DNA of 64,000 nt from positions 120,413 through 184,412 of the forward strand of contig JAWSUS010000003.1 of assembly GCA_033549025.1 (NCBI GenBank). The letters are read 5' to 3'. Origin of the DNA: Desulfuromonadales bacterium. GTDB taxonomy: Bacteria; Desulfobacterota; Desulfuromonadia; Desulfuromonadales; SZUA-540. Position numbers and translations under genes: made by a program. Below the pieces are notes generated by a model. It saw only the letters and a list, made by a program, of their open reading frames with translations. It was not told the DNA's origin and did no database searches. Shown piece after piece: positions 20,570 through 32,289 of the stretch; position 1 is the stretch's first letter, and the number at the start of each line of letters is the position of its first letter.

Positions 20570-21586
20570 CTATTCTTCTTCGCTCCCCTTTTGGATCATC
20601 TTGAGATATTCGGGATCCGGGAAATTATCCAGTTTCATACCCAGAGTCAGGTCCATTTCAGCCAGGATATCTTTGATTTCATTCAAAGATTTTCTGCCAA
20701 AATTCTGGGTTTTAAGCATTTCGGCTTCACTGCGCTGCACCAGGTCTCCAATAAGATGGATGTTGGCGTTTTTAAGGCAGTTGGCACTACGAACGGACAA
20801 CTCGAGTTCATCAACGCTACGGTAGAGATTTTCGTTGATCTTCCGACCTTCTTCAGGAACTTCCTGCGCAGCGGGCTCAAGATTTTCATCAAAATTGATG
20901 AAAATCTGCAGTTGTTCTTTCAGAATCTTGGCCGCATAGGCCACCGCGTCATCAGGTCTCACACTGCCATCGGTCGCCACTTCCAGAGTCAGTTTATCGT
21001 AATCGGTAATCTGCCCGACCCTGGCATTGGCAACGGTAAAATTCACCTTTTTGATCGGTGAAAAGATGGAATCAATGGGAATGGTTCCCACTGGAGCCCG
21101 TTCGTCCCGATTGCGATCGGCCGGCACATAGCCCTTGCCAAGCGCGACCACCATGTCCATCTCCACATCGGCTTCCTTGGAGCAGGTGGCGATATGATGA
21201 TCGGGGTTGAGAACTTCGACCTGCGAATCAGTAATGATATCACCAGCGGTGATAACACCGGCACCCTTTTTTACGATGCGGATATTCCGGCTCTCATTCC
21301 CGTGAAGCTTCAGAAGAACTCCCTTGAGATTGAGAATGATGTCGGTCACGTCCTCGGTCACCCCAGGAACAGTTGAGAATTCGTGCAGAACCCCCTTGAT
21401 ACGAACCGATGTAATAGCTGCCCCCTGCAAAGAGGAAAGCAGAATACGACGCAAGGAGTTCCCAAGAGTGGTGGCAAAACCACGCCCGAAAGGTTCAGCA
21501 AAAAACTTCCCGTAGGTATCGGTCAGACTGTCCGACTCAATCTGGAGGCGCTTAGGCTTGATGAGATCTCTCCAGTTTTTATACAT
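20570..21586 (-). CDS. rpoA: DNA-directed RNA polymerase subunit alpha
   Basis: 338 aa with NTD ([29 protein letters not shown]) and CTD ([23 protein letters not shown]). Confidence 0.97.
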   Translation of the reverse strand: MYKNWRDLIKPKRLQIESDSLTDTYGKFFAEPFGRGFATTLGNSLRRILLSSLQGAAITSVRIKGVLHEFSTVPGVTEDVTDIILNLKGVLLKLHGNESRNIRIVKKGAGVITAGDIITDSQVEVLNPDHHIATCSKEADVEMDMVVALGKGYVPADRNRDERAPVGTIPIDSIFSPIKKVNFTVANARVGQITDYDKLTLEVATDGSVRPDDAVAYAAKILKEQLQIFINFDENLEPAAQEVPEEGRKINENLYRSVDELELSVRSANCLKNANIHLIGDLVQRSEAEMLKTQNFGRKSLNEIKDILAEMDLTLGMKLDNFPDPEYLKMIQKGSEEE

Positions 21587-21633
21587 TCGTATCCTCCGTA
21601 ATGAGGTTACATCAGCGGACTGCCAAGATTAAA

Positions 21634-22263
21634 TTACTTGGAGTACAGTTCGACAATGAGGTGTTCTTGGAATTCAGGTGTGGTCATCTCTTCACGCACG
21701 GGCAAAGTTTTAACAGTACCCTTGAAAGCATCCCGCTCCAACTCAACCCAAGTGGGAATGCCGCGGCGCATCACACCATCCAACGCCTCATTGATTCGAA
21801 CAATTTTCCGACTTTTCTCTTTGAGTTCAATCACATCGCCGATACGAACAAGGTAGGAAGGGATATTAACCTTGCGTCCATTAACGAGGAAATGCCCCTG
21901 GCGAACCAACAGGCGCCCCTCATTACGGGAAGTGGCGAAACCCATGCGGTAAACCATGCTATCCAGCCGCCTTTCGAGCAGCATCAGGAGGTTTTCACCC
22001 GTAACCCCCTTCATGCGGTCCGCCTTATCGAAGGTGGCCCTAAACTGCTTTTCAACCAGCCCGTAAGTACGTTTGACCTTCTGTTTGGCGCGCAACTGGG
22101 TACCGTAGTCCGTAACCTTGGTGCGCCCCTGACCATGCTGACCCGGAGCGTAATTGCGGCGCTCCAAAGAGCATTTATCCGTATGGCATCTGTCCCCCTT
22201 AAGGAACAGTTTAGCATTTTCTCTCCTGCACAAGCGGCAGACAGGACCTGTATATCTAGCCAA
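21634..22263 (-). CDS. rpsD: 30S ribosomal protein S4
   Basis: 209 aa starting [31 protein letters not shown] (Cys-cluster form). Confidence 0.96.
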   Translation of the reverse strand: MARYTGPVCRLCRRENAKLFLKGDRCHTDKCSLERRNYAPGQHGQGRTKVTDYGTQLRAKQKVKRTYGLVEKQFRATFDKADRMKGVTGENLLMLLERRLDSMVYRMGFATSRNEGRLLVRQGHFLVNGRKVNIPSYLVRIGDVIELKEKSRKIVRINEALDGVMRRGIPTWVELERDAFKGTVKTLPVREEMTTPEFQEHLIVELYSK

Positions 22264-22284
22264 CGTTCGTCCTCCTTATCTCGT

Positions 22285-22680
22285 TTAGACTCTTCTGCGT
22301 TTGGGCGGCCGGCAGCCGTTGTGGGGAATCGGGGTCACATCTTTAATCATCGTGATGTTGAGCCCGGCAGACTGCAAAGCGCGCAGGGCGGATTCGCGAC
22401 CAGACCCAGGCCCTTTTACGTAAGCAATAAGGCTGCGCATACCATGCTCCATGGCTTTTTTGGCCGCATCCTCAGCCGCGACCTGAGCCGCGAAAGGCGT
22501 GCTTTTACGAGAGCCTTTGAAGTTTTTAGCACCACAGGTCGACCAGGAGATGACGTTTCCGGCAGGATCGGTAATGGTGATAATCGTATTGTTAAAAGTT
22601 GCCTGAATGTGAGCAACCCCATTGGCGATGTTCTTTTTTTCTACTTTTTTTCTAACGACTTTCTTTCCTGGCTTAGCCAT
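22285..22680 (-). CDS. rpsK: 30S ribosomal protein S11
   Basis: 131 aa with [18 protein letters not shown]. Confidence 0.96.
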   Translation of the reverse strand: MAKPGKKVVRKKVEKKNIANGVAHIQATFNNTIITITDPAGNVISWSTCGAKNFKGSRKSTPFAAQVAAEDAAKKAMEHGMRSLIAYVKGPGSGRESALRALQSAGLNITMIKDVTPIPHNGCRPPKRRRV

Positions 22681-22691
22681 GCTTCCTCCAG

Positions 22692-23060
22692 TTATTTCTT
22701 CTTGCCGGCGACAGTCTTGCGAGGACCTTTCCGGGTGCGAGCATTGGTCTTGGTTTTCTGTCCACGAACAGGAAGCCCGCGTCTGTGCCGAAGACCGCGG
22801 TAGCAGCCAAGATCCATCAGGCGCTTGATGTTCATGGAGATCTCACGGCGAAGATCCCCTTCAACCCGAAATTCGCGGTCGATGATTTCACGAATCTTGG
22901 CAACTTCTGCCTCAGTCAGGTCATCAGTCCGAGTATTTCCATCCACCCCAGCTTTGGCAAGAATCTCCTGGGAGGAGGATCGGCCGATACCATAAATATA
23001 GGTGAGGGCAATCTCACTTCTCTTATTTCTCGGTAAGTCGATACCAGCAATACGTGCCAA
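22692..23060 (-). CDS. rpsM: 30S ribosomal protein S13
   Basis: 122 aa starting [14 protein letters not shown]. The start codon is TTG (caa at 23058-23060 on plus). Confidence 0.96.
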   Translation of the reverse strand: MARIAGIDLPRNKRSEIALTYIYGIGRSSSQEILAKAGVDGNTRTDDLTEAEVAKIREIIDREFRVEGDLRREISMNIKRLMDLGCYRGLRHRRGLPVRGQKTKTNARTRKGPRKTVAGKKK

Positions 23061-23080
23061 TGTCTTTTCCTCCTAATACC

Positions 23081-23194
23081 TTAACCTTGTTTCTGCTTAT
23101 GCTTGGGATTTTCACAGATGATCCGGACAATGCCTTTACGCTTAATCACTTTGCACTTATCGCAGATCGCCTTAACCGAAGCTCGGACTTTCAT
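23081..23194 (-). CDS. rpmJ: 50S ribosomal protein L36
   Basis: Below the ORF-track cutoff. My translation is [37 protein letters not shown] (37 aa, Cys3-His zinc type). Confidence 0.93.
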   Translation of the reverse strand: MKVRASVKAICDKCKVIKRKGIVRIICENPKHKQKQG

Positions 23195-23275
23195 CGTATG
23201 TTCCTTTACTGAAAATGAAGTATCAAAAACGTCAGAGCCAACCCGGATATATTTATTTCCAAGCCGCCCTTCGAC

Positions 23276-24022
23276 CTACAAAGCTGTCAAAATTTCTGGT
23301 CCATTATCGGTCAAGGCAACAGTGTGTTCAAAATGCGCCGACAATTTTCCGTCAACAGTAACCGCCGTCCAGCCGTCGTCCAGTATTTTTACCCCAGGGA
23401 GCCCGGCGTTGATCATGGGCTCGATGGCAAAAGTCATGCCCGCTCTTAATTTTGTCCCTTGCCCAGGCGGCCCAAAATTGGGGATTTGGGGATCTTCATG
23501 CAATTGTCGCCCGATGCCGTGACCGACAAATTCACGAACAACACTAAAACCTTCGTTTTCGGCACAAACCTGAACCGCATGGGAGATATCCGTCAACCTA
23601 CCGTGCACCACGGCGGCGGAGATACCTTTTTGCAGTGACTTTTCTGTGACTTCAAGAAGCCGCCCGGCTTCGTCACCAATCCGGCCTACAGGCAGAGTAA
23701 TAGCGGCATCCCCATAGAAACCCTTATACAAGACGCCAAAATCAATACTCAGAATGTCGCCTTCCTTCAGGGGCTCCCGATTTGAAAACCCGTGGACCAC
23801 CTTTTCATTCGGTGAGGCACAAATCGTATAAGGAAAGCCGCCATACCCCTTGAAGGCGGCTTTTACGTTTCGCCTTTTACACTCTTTCTCAGCAAGTTGA
23901 TCCAGCTCAATCGTCGTGATACCTGGCGCGGCGTTTTCTTTTAGAACCGCCAATATTTCTGCGACGATCTGGCCGGCTCCACGCATAAGGACCAGTTCCT
24001 GTTTGGTCTTGATGCTAACCAC
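23276..24022 (-). CDS. map: type I methionine aminopeptidase
   Basis: The ORF-track start (24127) overlaps adk. GTG at 24022, one nt after the adk stop, gives 248 aa starting VVSIKTKQELVLMRGAGQIVAEIL, a typical MetAP-I length and N-terminus. Confidence 0.9.
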   Translation of the reverse strand: MVSIKTKQELVLMRGAGQIVAEILAVLKENAAPGITTIELDQLAEKECKRRNVKAAFKGYGGFPYTICASPNEKVVHGFSNREPLKEGDILSIDFGVLYKGFYGDAAITLPVGRIGDEAGRLLEVTEKSLQKGISAAVVHGRLTDISHAVQVCAENEGFSVVREFVGHGIGRQLHEDPQIPNFGPPGQGTKLRAGMTFAIEPMINAGLPGVKILDDGWTAVTVDGKLSAHFEHTVALTDNGPEILTAL

Positions 24023-24023
24023 G

Positions 24024-24671
24024 TCACTTCGCTGCGAGGACGACAAGGATCTTGTTTTTGACGACCTGAATATCCTGCATGCCATCGATAGCATGAAGCA
24101 GACCGGCCGACCCGTAATACGCGACAAGTGGTTCAGTCTGAGCGCGATAAACCTCTAAGCGCTTACGGATGGTCTCTTCCTTGTCATCGTCACGCTGAAC
24201 GAGTTCACCCTGACAGGCATCACACTTACCGGCAACAGCGGGAGGATCAAACTTGATGTGAAAACCACGACCACAGTCGCGGCAGGTCCGACGACCAGTC
24301 AAGCGCTCCACAAGGGCCTCAGGATCCACCTCAAGGGAGATAACCGCATCGAGATTCTTATCTAAATCGGCCAAAGAATCCCTAAGAGCATCGGCCTGAG
24401 CGACGGTACGGGGAAAGCCATCAAGAATGAACCCATTTTGACAGTCGGCCTGTTGCAGTCTCTCACGTACAATCCCAACCACGACCTCATCGGGGACAAG
24501 ACCACCCGCGTCCATGAAGCTTTTGGCCTTCACCCCCATGGGAGTCCCATCTTTAACAGCTGCCCGCAGAATATCGCCGGTAGAAATCTGAGGGATCTGA
24601 TATTGCCCTGTAAGCATTTTAGCCTGGGTACCCTTACCCGCTCCGGGAGGCCCAAGTAGAATAAGTTTCAT
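24024..24671 (-). CDS. adk: adenylate kinase
   Basis: 215 aa with P-loop MKLILLGPPGAGKGTQA and a Cys4 zinc lid (CRDCG...CDAC). Confidence 0.97.
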   Translation of the reverse strand: MKLILLGPPGAGKGTQAKMLTGQYQIPQISTGDILRAAVKDGTPMGVKAKSFMDAGGLVPDEVVVGIVRERLQQADCQNGFILDGFPRTVAQADALRDSLADLDKNLDAVISLEVDPEALVERLTGRRTCRDCGRGFHIKFDPPAVAGKCDACQGELVQRDDDKEETIRKRLEVYRAQTEPLVAYYGSAGLLHAIDGMQDIQVVKNKILVVLAAK

Positions 24672-24688
24672 CTCGTCAAATCCTTAAA

Positions 24689-25999
24689 TCAACCACGACG
24701 TCCCTTGATGGTCACACCTTTCATAAAACCCTCGTAGGAGCGGGAGATAAGGTGCGCCTCGATCTGGGAAGCCGTATCGAGACCGACGCCAACAACGATC
24801 AACAGCGAGGTTCCGCCAAAATAAAATGGCACATTGAACTGCCCGATCAAGATTGTCGGCAAAACACACACAGCGGAAACATACATGGCCCCAGCAAAGG
24901 TGATCCTGCTGAGCACCGTGTCAATGTGCTCGGCGGTCGCCTTTCCAGGCCTCACACCAGGAATGTAGCCACCCTGCTTCTTGATATTATCCGCGACATC
25001 CACTGGGTTGAAAGTCACAGCCGTGTAGAAATAACAAAAGAAAATTATAAATGCAACGAAAAAAACATTGTAGAGCCAGTGATCCGGCGTCATCATGGCG
25101 GCCACAGTCTGAACCCAGGGCACATCCACCAGGTTGGCGACAGTTGCAGGGAACATGATGATGGAGCTGGCAAAAATTGGCGGTATGACACCGCTCATAT
25201 TGACTTTGAGAGGCAGGTGGCTTGTCTGCCCGCCGTAATTGCGCATACCGACCACACGCTTGGCGTAATGGATCGGTACCCGCCGCTGTCCCCTCTCCAT
25301 GAAAATGATTGCCGCCACCACCGCAACCATGACGGCAAGAATCAGGAGGATCATGAAGATGGTCAGTTCTCCGGTGTTGAACAGCCGGACGCTGTTAACA
25401 ATAGCGGAGGGCATGTTTGCCACAATGCCGGCAAAGATGATCAATGAGATGCCATTGCCGATGCCACGCTCCGTAATCTGTTCACCCAGCCACATGATAA
25501 AAGCCGTACCCGCCGTCAGGGTGATGATCGTGAGCAAAATAAAGCCCATCCCTTGGTTCGGCACGACAAGTTCACCGGCGGGACCGCGCATGGTTTGCAA
25601 ACCAACGGCAATCCCGGCGCCCTGAATGACCGACAGGACGATGGTCCCGTAGCGGGTCCACTTGGTAATGGTTTTTCGACCCTGCTCACCCTCCTTGGAC
25701 AGTCGTTCGACCGGCTCAAAGACCACGGTCAACAACTGCAGAATGATAGATGCGCTGATATAGGGCATGATCCCCAGCGCAAAAACCGTCATTCTTTCGA
25801 GAGCACCGCCAGTAAAGGCACTGACCAGGCCAAGAAGGGTCCCCTGGGTTCCCTCGAAAAATTTGGCGAGAACCTGGGCATCCACCCCGGGAGTAGGCAC
25901 ATGGCAGCCCACACGATAGACAGCCAGCATTCCAAGGGTGAAGAGAATCCGTCTTCTTAATTCAGGAATATTGAAGATATTCTGGATGCTGGATATCAA
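24689..25999 (-). CDS. secY: preprotein translocase subunit SecY
   Basis: The ORF-track start is a TTG at 26035 that overlaps rplO by 35 nt. A TTG at 25999, 1 nt after the rplO stop and 9 nt after GAGG, gives 436 aa starting (L)[21 protein letters not shown]. Either start is possible. Confidence 0.93.
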   Translation of the reverse strand: MISSIQNIFNIPELRRRILFTLGMLAVYRVGCHVPTPGVDAQVLAKFFEGTQGTLLGLVSAFTGGALERMTVFALGIMPYISASIILQLLTVVFEPVERLSKEGEQGRKTITKWTRYGTIVLSVIQGAGIAVGLQTMRGPAGELVVPNQGMGFILLTIITLTAGTAFIMWLGEQITERGIGNGISLIIFAGIVANMPSAIVNSVRLFNTGELTIFMILLILAVMVAVVAAIIFMERGQRRVPIHYAKRVVGMRNYGGQTSHLPLKVNMSGVIPPIFASSIIMFPATVANLVDVPWVQTVAAMMTPDHWLYNVFFVAFIIFFCYFYTAVTFNPVDVADNIKKQGGYIPGVRPGKATAEHIDTVLSRITFAGAMYVSAVCVLPTILIGQFNVPFYFGGTSLLIVVGVGLDTASQIEAHLISRSYEGFMKGVTIKGRRG

Positions 26000-26000
26000 T

Positions 26001-26441
26001 TTAAATAACCTCGGCTTTGCCACCTGCGGCTTCAATTTTCTCCGCGGCAGACTTGCTGAATTTGTGGGCTTTTACAGTCAGGGCCTTGGTAAGTTCACCG
26101 TCGCCGAGAATCTTGATGCCGTCACAGACATCAGTCACCAGGCGAGCCTTGCCAAAGGCTTCAAGGTCAACAACCGAACCAGCCTCAAAAACCTCAAGGT
26201 CCTTAAGGTTGACCAAGGCATAGACCTTTTTGTTAAGCGACCGAAAACCTCTTTTAGGCAGGCGGCGCTGCAAGGGCATTTGCCCCCCCTCGAAGCCAGG
26301 CTTCACGCTACCACCCGAACGGGCCTTTTGTCCCTTGTGCCCTTTACCGGCAGTCTTGCCGGTTCCAGACCCGGGTCCCCGTCCAATGCGTTTTCTATTT
26401 TTTGTAGAACCGTAGGCCGGTTGCAGATTACTTAAATCCAT
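26001..26441 (-). CDS. rplO: 50S ribosomal protein L15
   Basis: 146 aa starting [38 protein letters not shown]. Confidence 0.96.
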   Translation of the reverse strand: MDLSNLQPAYGSTKNRKRIGRGPGSGTGKTAGKGHKGQKARSGGSVKPGFEGGQMPLQRRLPKRGFRSLNKKVYALVNLKDLEVFEAGSVVDLEAFGKARLVTDVCDGIKILGDGELTKALTVKAHKFSKSAAEKIEAAGGKAEVI

Positions 26442-26461
26442 GTCAATTCTTCCTTATTGAA

Positions 26462-26644
26462 TCACTCTTCGACGAGGACCATGTGGGAGACCTTGTTGAT
26501 CATCCCGCGAATCTCAGGAGTATCCTTAAGAACCACGGTCTGATGCAACTTGGTCAAGCCGAGCCCCTTAAGTACTTGAGTGAAATAAGCCTTACGACCA
26601 ATTCCGCTCTTTTTCAGAGTCACTTTTATCTCTGGAGCCATCAT
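26462..26644 (-). CDS. rpmD: 50S ribosomal protein L30
   Basis: 60 aa, MMAPEIKVTLKKSGIGRKAYFTQVLKGLGL. Confidence 0.93.
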   Translation of the reverse strand: MMAPEIKVTLKKSGIGRKAYFTQVLKGLGLTKLHQTVVLKDTPEIRGMINKVSHMVLVEE

Positions 26645-26664
26645 CCATTCTCCTTCTTTGGGCC

Positions 26665-27162
26665 TTACTCAGCGGAGGCAACACCACGGCGCTGAAGAAT
26701 CTCTTCCGCACTTTTAAGTTGCTCCAACGCATTGAAAGTCGCCTTGACAACATTGTGCGGGTTGTTGGACCCAAGGCACTTGGAAAGGATATCGCCGACA
26801 CCCGCCACCTCGAGGACAGCACGGGCTGCGCCGCCTGCGATAACACCAGTACCTTGAGAAGCAGGGCGCAACAAGACCTTGCCAGCTCCAAACTTGCCAA
26901 TAATGTCAAAGGGAATGGTACGGTCCTTAAGAGGAACCCGAATCAGCGACTTCTTGGCTTGTTCAACCCCTTTGCGGATTGCTTCAGGCACTTCCTTGGC
27001 TTTACCAAGACCATAACCTACGTAACCTTGCCCGTCTCCAACCACTACAAGAGCGGAGAAACTGAAACGGCGCCCGCCTTTAACGACCTTGGCGCAACGG
27101 TTAATATGAATGACCCTGTCGGTCAGATTTAGCTCATTGGGATCGATGCGATGCAAAGACAT
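26665..27162 (-). CDS. rpsE: 30S ribosomal protein S5
   Basis: 165 aa with [27 protein letters not shown]. Confidence 0.96.
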   Translation of the reverse strand: MSLHRIDPNELNLTDRVIHINRCAKVVKGGRRFSFSALVVVGDGQGYVGYGLGKAKEVPEAIRKGVEQAKKSLIRVPLKDRTIPFDIIGKFGAGKVLLRPASQGTGVIAGGAARAVLEVAGVGDILSKCLGSNNPHNVVKATFNALEQLKSAEEILQRRGVASAE

Positions 27163-27172
27163 CCTCCTTTAC

Positions 27173-27541
27173 CTAAAAAGACAGACCGGTTTCCCGAGCC
27201 GCCTCGGCAAGCGCCTTGACGCGACCATGGTACAAAAACCCATTGCGGTCAAACACAACCTGCTTGATGTTTTTCTCAAGGGCCATCTTGGCGATAGCCC
27301 GGCCCACAGCCTTTGCTGACTCTATATTTCCGCTGCTCGTCCCAGCTTCCACGATGCCGTCATTGACAGTACCAGCGGACGCAAGAGTCGTTCCGTTAGT
27401 GTCCTCAATGATCTGGGCATAGATATGTTTGGCGCTCCTGAAAACACAAAGACGGGGGCGTTCAACCGTTCCACGAACCTTTTGGCGCACCCGAATTTTG
27501 CGTTTGATACGTGCCAGGGACCTTTCTTTTGCGATGCTCAC
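27173..27541 (-). CDS. rplR: 50S ribosomal protein L18
   Basis: 122 aa with [20 protein letters not shown] and [21 protein letters not shown]. Confidence 0.96.
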   Translation of the reverse strand: MSIAKERSLARIKRKIRVRQKVRGTVERPRLCVFRSAKHIYAQIIEDTNGTTLASAGTVNDGIVEAGTSSGNIESAKAVGRAIAKMALEKNIKQVVFDRNGFLYHGRVKALAEAARETGLSF

Positions 27542-27567
27542 AGTGTTTCTCCTTGACCTGTAATCAA

Positions 27568-28110
27568 TTATTTTTTACCGGTCTTGCCTGCTTTACGCAA
27601 AATCCGCTCATCAGCATACTTGATTCCCTTCCCCTTGTAGGGTTCAGGAGCTCGGAAAGAACGAATTTTTGCGGCTGTAGCGCCGACAAGCTGCTTATCT
27701 ATCCCCTTCACTGTAACCTTGGTCTGTTTTTCGACCTCGACAGTGATGCCTTCGGGCAGGGGATATTCGACGGGATGCGAGTAACCCAGGGCGAGACTCA
27801 GCATCTTCCCTTTCAATTCGGCCCGGTAACCAACGCCATTGATTTCGAGCACTCTTTCGAAACCCTTGGTGACACCATCGACCATATTGGCGATAAGCGT
27901 CCGGGTCAGGCCCTGCAAAGCTCCACCCTGCTTGTTTCCCTCTGCAAGGGGAGAAACTTGGATATTACCGGAATCCACCTTGACTTCGACATCCGTACTG
28001 ATTGTCCTCTCCAGGTGGCCCTTTGGTCCCTTTACCCGAATAGCAGCCCCCGAGAGGGTCACTTCAACTCCGGCAGGGATGACGATGGGTTTTTTCCCTA
28101 TTCTTGACAT
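27568..28110 (-). CDS. rplF: 50S ribosomal protein L6
   Basis: 180 aa starting [17 protein letters not shown]. Confidence 0.96.
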   Translation of the reverse strand: MSRIGKKPIVIPAGVEVTLSGAAIRVKGPKGHLERTISTDVEVKVDSGNIQVSPLAEGNKQGGALQGLTRTLIANMVDGVTKGFERVLEINGVGYRAELKGKMLSLALGYSHPVEYPLPEGITVEVEKQTKVTVKGIDKQLVGATAAKIRSFRAPEPYKGKGIKYADERILRKAGKTGKK

Positions 28111-28136
28111 CCTCTATACTCCTTAAGCCGTAACGG

Positions 28137-28535
28137 TTACCAGACGGTACAAATGATCTCACCGCCAACCTGCGCCTCACGTGCGGCAACGTCGTGGAGA
28201 ACACCCCGTGAAGTGGATAGAATAGCGCAACCAAGCCCGTTCTTCACACTGGGGATTTCATCCTTACCCACGTATACGCGACGGCCAGGAGTAGACATCC
28301 GTTTAATTTCATGGATCACGTGCTTGTTATTATCATCAAATTTCAAATAAATCCGCAGGATGCCCTGTTTGTCGTCTTCTACGGTCTTGAAATTTTTGAT
28401 GTAGCCGAGATCCTTCAGCACCTCGGCCAGTGCCACCTTCACCTTGGACATGGGCACGTCCACCTTTTGGTGCTTCGCCATTCCCGCATTACGAATACGG
28501 GTAAGCATATCAGCTATAGGATCAGTCATTGCCAT
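28137..28535 (-). CDS. rpsH: 30S ribosomal protein S8
   Basis: 132 aa starting [17 protein letters not shown]. Confidence 0.96.
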   Translation of the reverse strand: MAMTDPIADMLTRIRNAGMAKHQKVDVPMSKVKVALAEVLKDLGYIKNFKTVEDDKQGILRIYLKFDDNNKHVIHEIKRMSTPGRRVYVGKDEIPSVKNGLGCAILSTSRGVLHDVAAREAQVGGEIICTVW

Positions 28536-28552
28536 GGATGCAACTCCTCTTT

Positions 28553-28738
28553 TTACCAGCTTGATTTAACAACGCCGGGGATTTTACCGTCCAGCGCCAA
28601 TTTGCGCAGGCAAATCCTGCACATATCAAATTTCCGATAGTATCCGCGCGAACGCCCGCACAATGGGCAGCGATTATAATTACGAACGCTGAATTTTTTA
28701 GGCCGCGCGGCCTTTATCATCATCGATTTTTTTGCCAC
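28553..28738 (-). CDS. rpsN: 30S ribosomal protein S14, short zinc-binding (type Z) form
   Basis: 61 aa with [20 protein letters not shown] (CxxC...CxxC). Confidence 0.95.
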   Translation of the reverse strand: MAKKSMMIKAARPKKFSVRNYNRCPLCGRSRGYYRKFDMCRICLRKLALDGKIPGVVKSSW

Positions 28739-28762
28739 CGTATACCTCCGCTATCTGATTCA

Positions 28763-29302
28763 CTATTTCCTGAAGGGCATCCCAAGTTGCGTCAGCAGAG
28801 CACGACCTTCTTCATCGTTACGCGCTGTCGTTACAATGGTGATATTGAGACCCTTGACCTTGTCGATTTTCTCGAGATCGATCTCAGGAAAAATCAGCTG
28901 TTCCTTGATCCCGAAGGTATAGTTGCCACGCCCGTCAAACGCCTTAGGAGAAACCCCCTTGAAATCTCTTACGCGAGGCAAGGCGACATTGATGAGGCGA
29001 TCCAGAAACTCAAAGGCTTTTTCCCGACGCAGAGTGACCATGCAACCAATGGGCATCCCCTCACGAAGCTTGAAGCCGGCGATGGATTTTTTGGCCTTGG
29101 TAATGACAGCTTTCTGTCCGGTAATGCGGCCAAGTTCCTCGACAGCAGATTCCAACACCTTGATATTCTGAATGGCTTCCCCAAGGCCCATGTTGATGAC
29201 GACCTTTTCAACCCTGGGAACTTCCATTACGTTTTTAAGTTGCAGGTCCTTCATGAGCTGGGGAACCAGCTCGGCCTGGTAAATCCCTTTAAGTCTGGCC
29301 AT
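28763..29302 (-). CDS. rplE: 50S ribosomal protein L5
   Basis: 179 aa starting [20 protein letters not shown]. Confidence 0.96.
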   Translation of the reverse strand: MARLKGIYQAELVPQLMKDLQLKNVMEVPRVEKVVINMGLGEAIQNIKVLESAVEELGRITGQKAVITKAKKSIAGFKLREGMPIGCMVTLRREKAFEFLDRLINVALPRVRDFKGVSPKAFDGRGNYTFGIKEQLIFPEIDLEKIDKVKGLNITIVTTARNDEEGRALLTQLGMPFRK

Positions 29303-29314
29303 GGAAATTCTCCG

Positions 29315-29644
29315 TTACTTATCAACAGTCTCGTTACATTTTTTACAAAAACGAGTCTTGCTACCGTCCTCAAGTATCCGGATGCCGGTACGAGTCGGTT
29401 TATTGCAAGCCCCGCAAAGCAGAAGAACGTTAGAAGCATCAATCGCAGCTTCCTTTTCGACAATGCCGCCTTCCGCGTTGCTGCGACTGGGCCTAGTGTG
29501 CCGCTTCACAACATTGAGATTCTCAACGGTGATACGACCTTTTTCAGGAAATACACGGGTCACTTTCCCCGATTTACCCTTTTCCTTGCCCGCTATGATC
29601 ATAACCATGTCATTCTTTTTGACATGAAGTTTCTTAGCCGCCAT
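29315..29644 (-). CDS. rplX: 50S ribosomal protein L24 (Cys4 variant)
   Basis: 109 aa with a KOW region (KKNDMVMIIAGKEKGKSGKV) and C-terminal CGAC-x19-CKKC. Confidence 0.95.
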   Translation of the reverse strand: MAAKKLHVKKNDMVMIIAGKEKGKSGKVTRVFPEKGRITVENLNVVKRHTRPSRSNAEGGIVEKEAAIDASNVLLLCGACNKPTRTGIRILEDGSKTRFCKKCNETVDK

Positions 29645-29665
29645 GTTTCAATCTCCTACACAAAT

Positions 29666-30034
29666 TTAAAGGACTTCCGGCGCCAGAGACACGATTTTCA
29701 TGAAACGGCGGGCACGCAGTTCACGGGCCACAGGTCCGAAAATCCGGGTTCCTACCGGCTCACCCGAAGCATTGACAACAACCGCCGAGTTGTTATCGAA
29801 ACGGATATAGGAACCATCAGGCCGAGGAACTTCCTTGGCCGTTCTGACGATCACCGCCCGCACGACATCACCCTTCTTCACCTTGGAATTGGGCAGTGCC
29901 TCTTTGACCGAGCAGATGATGATGTCACCAAGGCCGGCATATTTCCGTTTTGAACCGCCGAGAACCTTGACGCAGCAGAGCTTTCGGGCCCCCGAATTGT
30001 CTGCGACATCAAGCATCGTCTGCATCTGAATCAT
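29666..30034 (-). CDS. rplN: 50S ribosomal protein L14
   Basis: 122 aa starting [19 protein letters not shown]. Confidence 0.97.
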   Translation of the reverse strand: MIQMQTMLDVADNSGARKLCCVKVLGGSKRKYAGLGDIIICSVKEALPNSKVKKGDVVRAVIVRTAKEVPRPDGSYIRFDNNSAVVVNASGEPVGTRIFGPVARELRARRFMKIVSLAPEVL

Positions 30035-30046
30035 AACTATGGTCTC

Positions 30047-30313
30047 CTAAACGGTTACGTTCTTTTCAAGAATTTCGCGGACTCTCCACCGCTTGTCACG
30101 AGACAGCGGTCTGGTCTCCACGATGAGAACCTTGTCGCCAACAGCACAGCTGTTCTGTTCATCGTGTGCTTTGTACGTCACCTTGCGCTTGATGTACTTT
30201 TTATAGATGGGATGCTTGACCAGCTGATCGACCTTGACCACCACGGTCTTGTCCATCTTGTCACTGGTGACAACCCCCACACGGGTTTTTCTGTTTCCAC
30301 GTTCAGTCGTCAT
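30047..30313 (-). CDS. rpsQ: 30S ribosomal protein S17
   Basis: The ORF-track start (30319) is TTG. ATG at 30313, 6 nt after GAGG, gives 88 aa starting [26 protein letters not shown]. Confidence 0.94.
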   Translation of the reverse strand: MTTERGNRKTRVGVVTSDKMDKTVVVKVDQLVKHPIYKKYIKRKVTYKAHDEQNSCAVGDKVLIVETRPLSRDKRWRVREILEKNVTV

Positions 30314-30334
30314 ATCCAACCTCGTTGATCCTGA

Positions 30335-30523
30335 TTAAGCCTGCTTTTGCCGCAGAACCGTATTAACCCGTGCGATATCTTTTTTGATTTGAGAAATACG
30401 GGCAGTATTTTCCAGATGCCCGGTATGCATCTGGAATCTCAGGTTAAACAGCTCCTGGCTGAGTTCCTGAGACTGTTTCTTCAAATCATCAACGCTTTTA
30501 TCTCTCAACTCATTAGCCTTCAT
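30335..30523 (-). CDS. rpmC: 50S ribosomal protein L29
   Basis: ATG at 30523 gives 62 aa starting [31 protein letters not shown]. It overlaps the end of rplP by 11 nt. Confidence 0.93.
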   Translation of the reverse strand: MKANELRDKSVDDLKKQSQELSQELFNLRFQMHTGHLENTARISQIKKDIARVNTVLRQKQA

Positions 30524-30938
30524 GAGCTTCTTCCTCCCTGATAACAAACTTGGTCTTCATCGGGAGCTTGTGTGCAGCAAGACGAAAAGCTTCGCGTGCA
30601 ACATCTTCAGCGACTCCCTGCATTTCATAGAGCACCACTCCGGGCTTTATGACGGCGACCCAGCTGTCCGGGGAGCCTTTCCCCTTACCCATACGGGTTT
30701 CGGCGGGCTTTCGGGTCAGAGGCTTATGAGGAAAGGCCCTGATCCAGATTTTACCACCGCGCTTGATATAACGCGTCATCGCCCGACGGGCTGCTTCAAT
30801 CTGGCGCGAAGAAAGCCATCCGCACTCAATGGCCTGGAGGCCGAAATCACCAAAGTTAAGCTCGGTGCCTCCCTTGGCCGCACCTTTCATGCGACCTTTA
30901 AATGTCTTTCTATGCTTAACCTTCTTGGGCATTAACAT
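30513..30938 (-). CDS. rplP: 50S ribosomal protein L16
   Basis: 141 aa starting [19 protein letters not shown]. Confidence 0.96.
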   Translation of the reverse strand: MLMPKKVKHRKTFKGRMKGAAKGGTELNFGDFGLQAIECGWLSSRQIEAARRAMTRYIKRGGKIWIRAFPHKPLTRKPAETRMGKGKGSPDSWVAVIKPGVVLYEMQGVAEDVAREAFRLAAHKLPMKTKFVIREEEAHEG

Positions 30939-30969
30939 AGCAGTTTACTCCTATACCTGTCCTGGATTT

Positions 30970-31605
30970 TCACTGTTCTCTTGCGAGAACTTCGCCCTTG
31001 AAGATAAGTACCTTGACACCGATAATCCCGTAGGTGGTTTTCGCCTCAGCGAATCCATAATCGATGTCTGCACGAAGAGTGTGTAGAGGCACTCTCCCTT
31101 CGCGGTACCACTCCGTACGAGCGATTTCGGCTCCTCCCAAACGGCCGGCACAGTTGATCTTGATCCCCTGTGCACCGAATTTGAGAGCTTGAGTAACCCC
31201 TTTTTTCATGGCGCGGCGGAAAGCAACACGCCTCTCGAGCTGAAGGGCCACGTTTTCGGCAAGCAACTGAGCGTCGATCTCAGGCTTGCGTACTTCCTGA
31301 ATATTGATAAAAACTTCTTTATCGGTGAGTTTGGCCAGCTCTTTCTTGAGAGCCTCAACCTCGGATCCCCTCTTTCCGATGATGATACCGGGACGAGCGG
31401 CAAAAATATTTATTTTTGCCTTGCTGGCCGCACGCTCGATTTCGATTTTGGAAATGCCTGCGTGATAAAGCCTCTTTTTGAGGTAGTTACGCAGCTTAAT
31501 ATCTTCATGCAGCAGCTTGGCGTAATCCGCCTCGGCATACCACTTGGAGTCCCAGGTTTTGACGACTCCCAGACGAAATCCTACAGGATGAACTTTCTGG
31601 CCCAA
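30970..31605 (-). CDS. rpsC: 30S ribosomal protein S3
   Basis: 211 aa starting [24 protein letters not shown]. Confidence 0.97.
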   Translation of the reverse strand: MGQKVHPVGFRLGVVKTWDSKWYAEADYAKLLHEDIKLRNYLKKRLYHAGISKIEIERAASKAKINIFAARPGIIIGKRGSEVEALKKELAKLTDKEVFINIQEVRKPEIDAQLLAENVALQLERRVAFRRAMKKGVTQALKFGAQGIKINCAGRLGGAEIARTEWYREGRVPLHTLRADIDYGFAEAKTTYGIIGVKVLIFKGEVLAREQ

Positions 31606-31625
31606 ACTATCACCTCCTAAACACC

Positions 31626-31958
31626 TTATTTTTCGTCAAGAATAACCGTCATGTGACTAGTCGGTTTACGAATACGGGTCGCACGTCCCTGAGCCCGAGG
31701 CAGGAACCGCTTTAGAACAGGACCCTGATCTACGGTAATCGACTTGATAAAAAGACGATCGACATCGTTAACACCCTTTTGCTCGGCGTTAGCCACTGCC
31801 GAACTGACAAGTTTAGCGACAATGGGCGCGGCCTTCTGGGGAGAAAACTTGAGGACGTTAAGAGCCTCCTGCACCCCTTTTCCACGTACCATATCGACAA
31901 CCAGTCGTGCTTTCTGGGGCGAAAGGCGCGCGTAACTCAACTTTGCTCTGGCTTCCAT
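31626..31958 (-). CDS. rplV: 50S ribosomal protein L22
   Basis: 110 aa starting [27 protein letters not shown]. Confidence 0.96.
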   Translation of the reverse strand: MEARAKLSYARLSPQKARLVVDMVRGKGVQEALNVLKFSPQKAAPIVAKLVSSAVANAEQKGVNDVDRLFIKSITVDQGPVLKRFLPRAQGRATRIRKPTSHMTVILDEK

Positions 31959-31985
31959 GAAATGAAACTCCTCTAACGGAACTAT

Positions 31986-32264
31986 TTATTTACGCTTGCT
32001 CTTTTTGTCGGCTCCGTGACCATAGTAGGTCCGGGTAGGAGCAAACTCACCCAGTTTATGCCCGACCATATTTTCGGTAACAAACACCGGGATAAACTTT
32101 TTACCGTTATGCACAGCAAAAGTATGACCTACGAATTCAGGAAGGATGGTTGAACGCCGCGACCAGGTCTTAATGACCTGCTTACTGGTAGTCCCACCTT
32201 CCAGATCGACTTTTCGCAAAAGGCTTTCTTGGACGTACGGCCCTTTTTTGATTGATCTAGCCAC
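31986..32264 (-). CDS. rpsS: 30S ribosomal protein S19
   Basis: 92 aa with [11 protein letters not shown] and [15 protein letters not shown]. Confidence 0.96.
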   Translation of the reverse strand: MARSIKKGPYVQESLLRKVDLEGGTTSKQVIKTWSRRSTILPEFVGHTFAVHNGKKFIPVFVTENMVGHKLGEFAPTRTYYGHGADKKSKRK

Positions 32265-32289
32265 TGCCGTCTCCTCTATTTAAAATGGT

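Noticed and set aside
23195-23275. Expected infA between map and rpmJ
   Set aside because: The gap is only 81 nt and contains no ORF, so infA must be elsewhere. This is recorded as an absence, not a feature.
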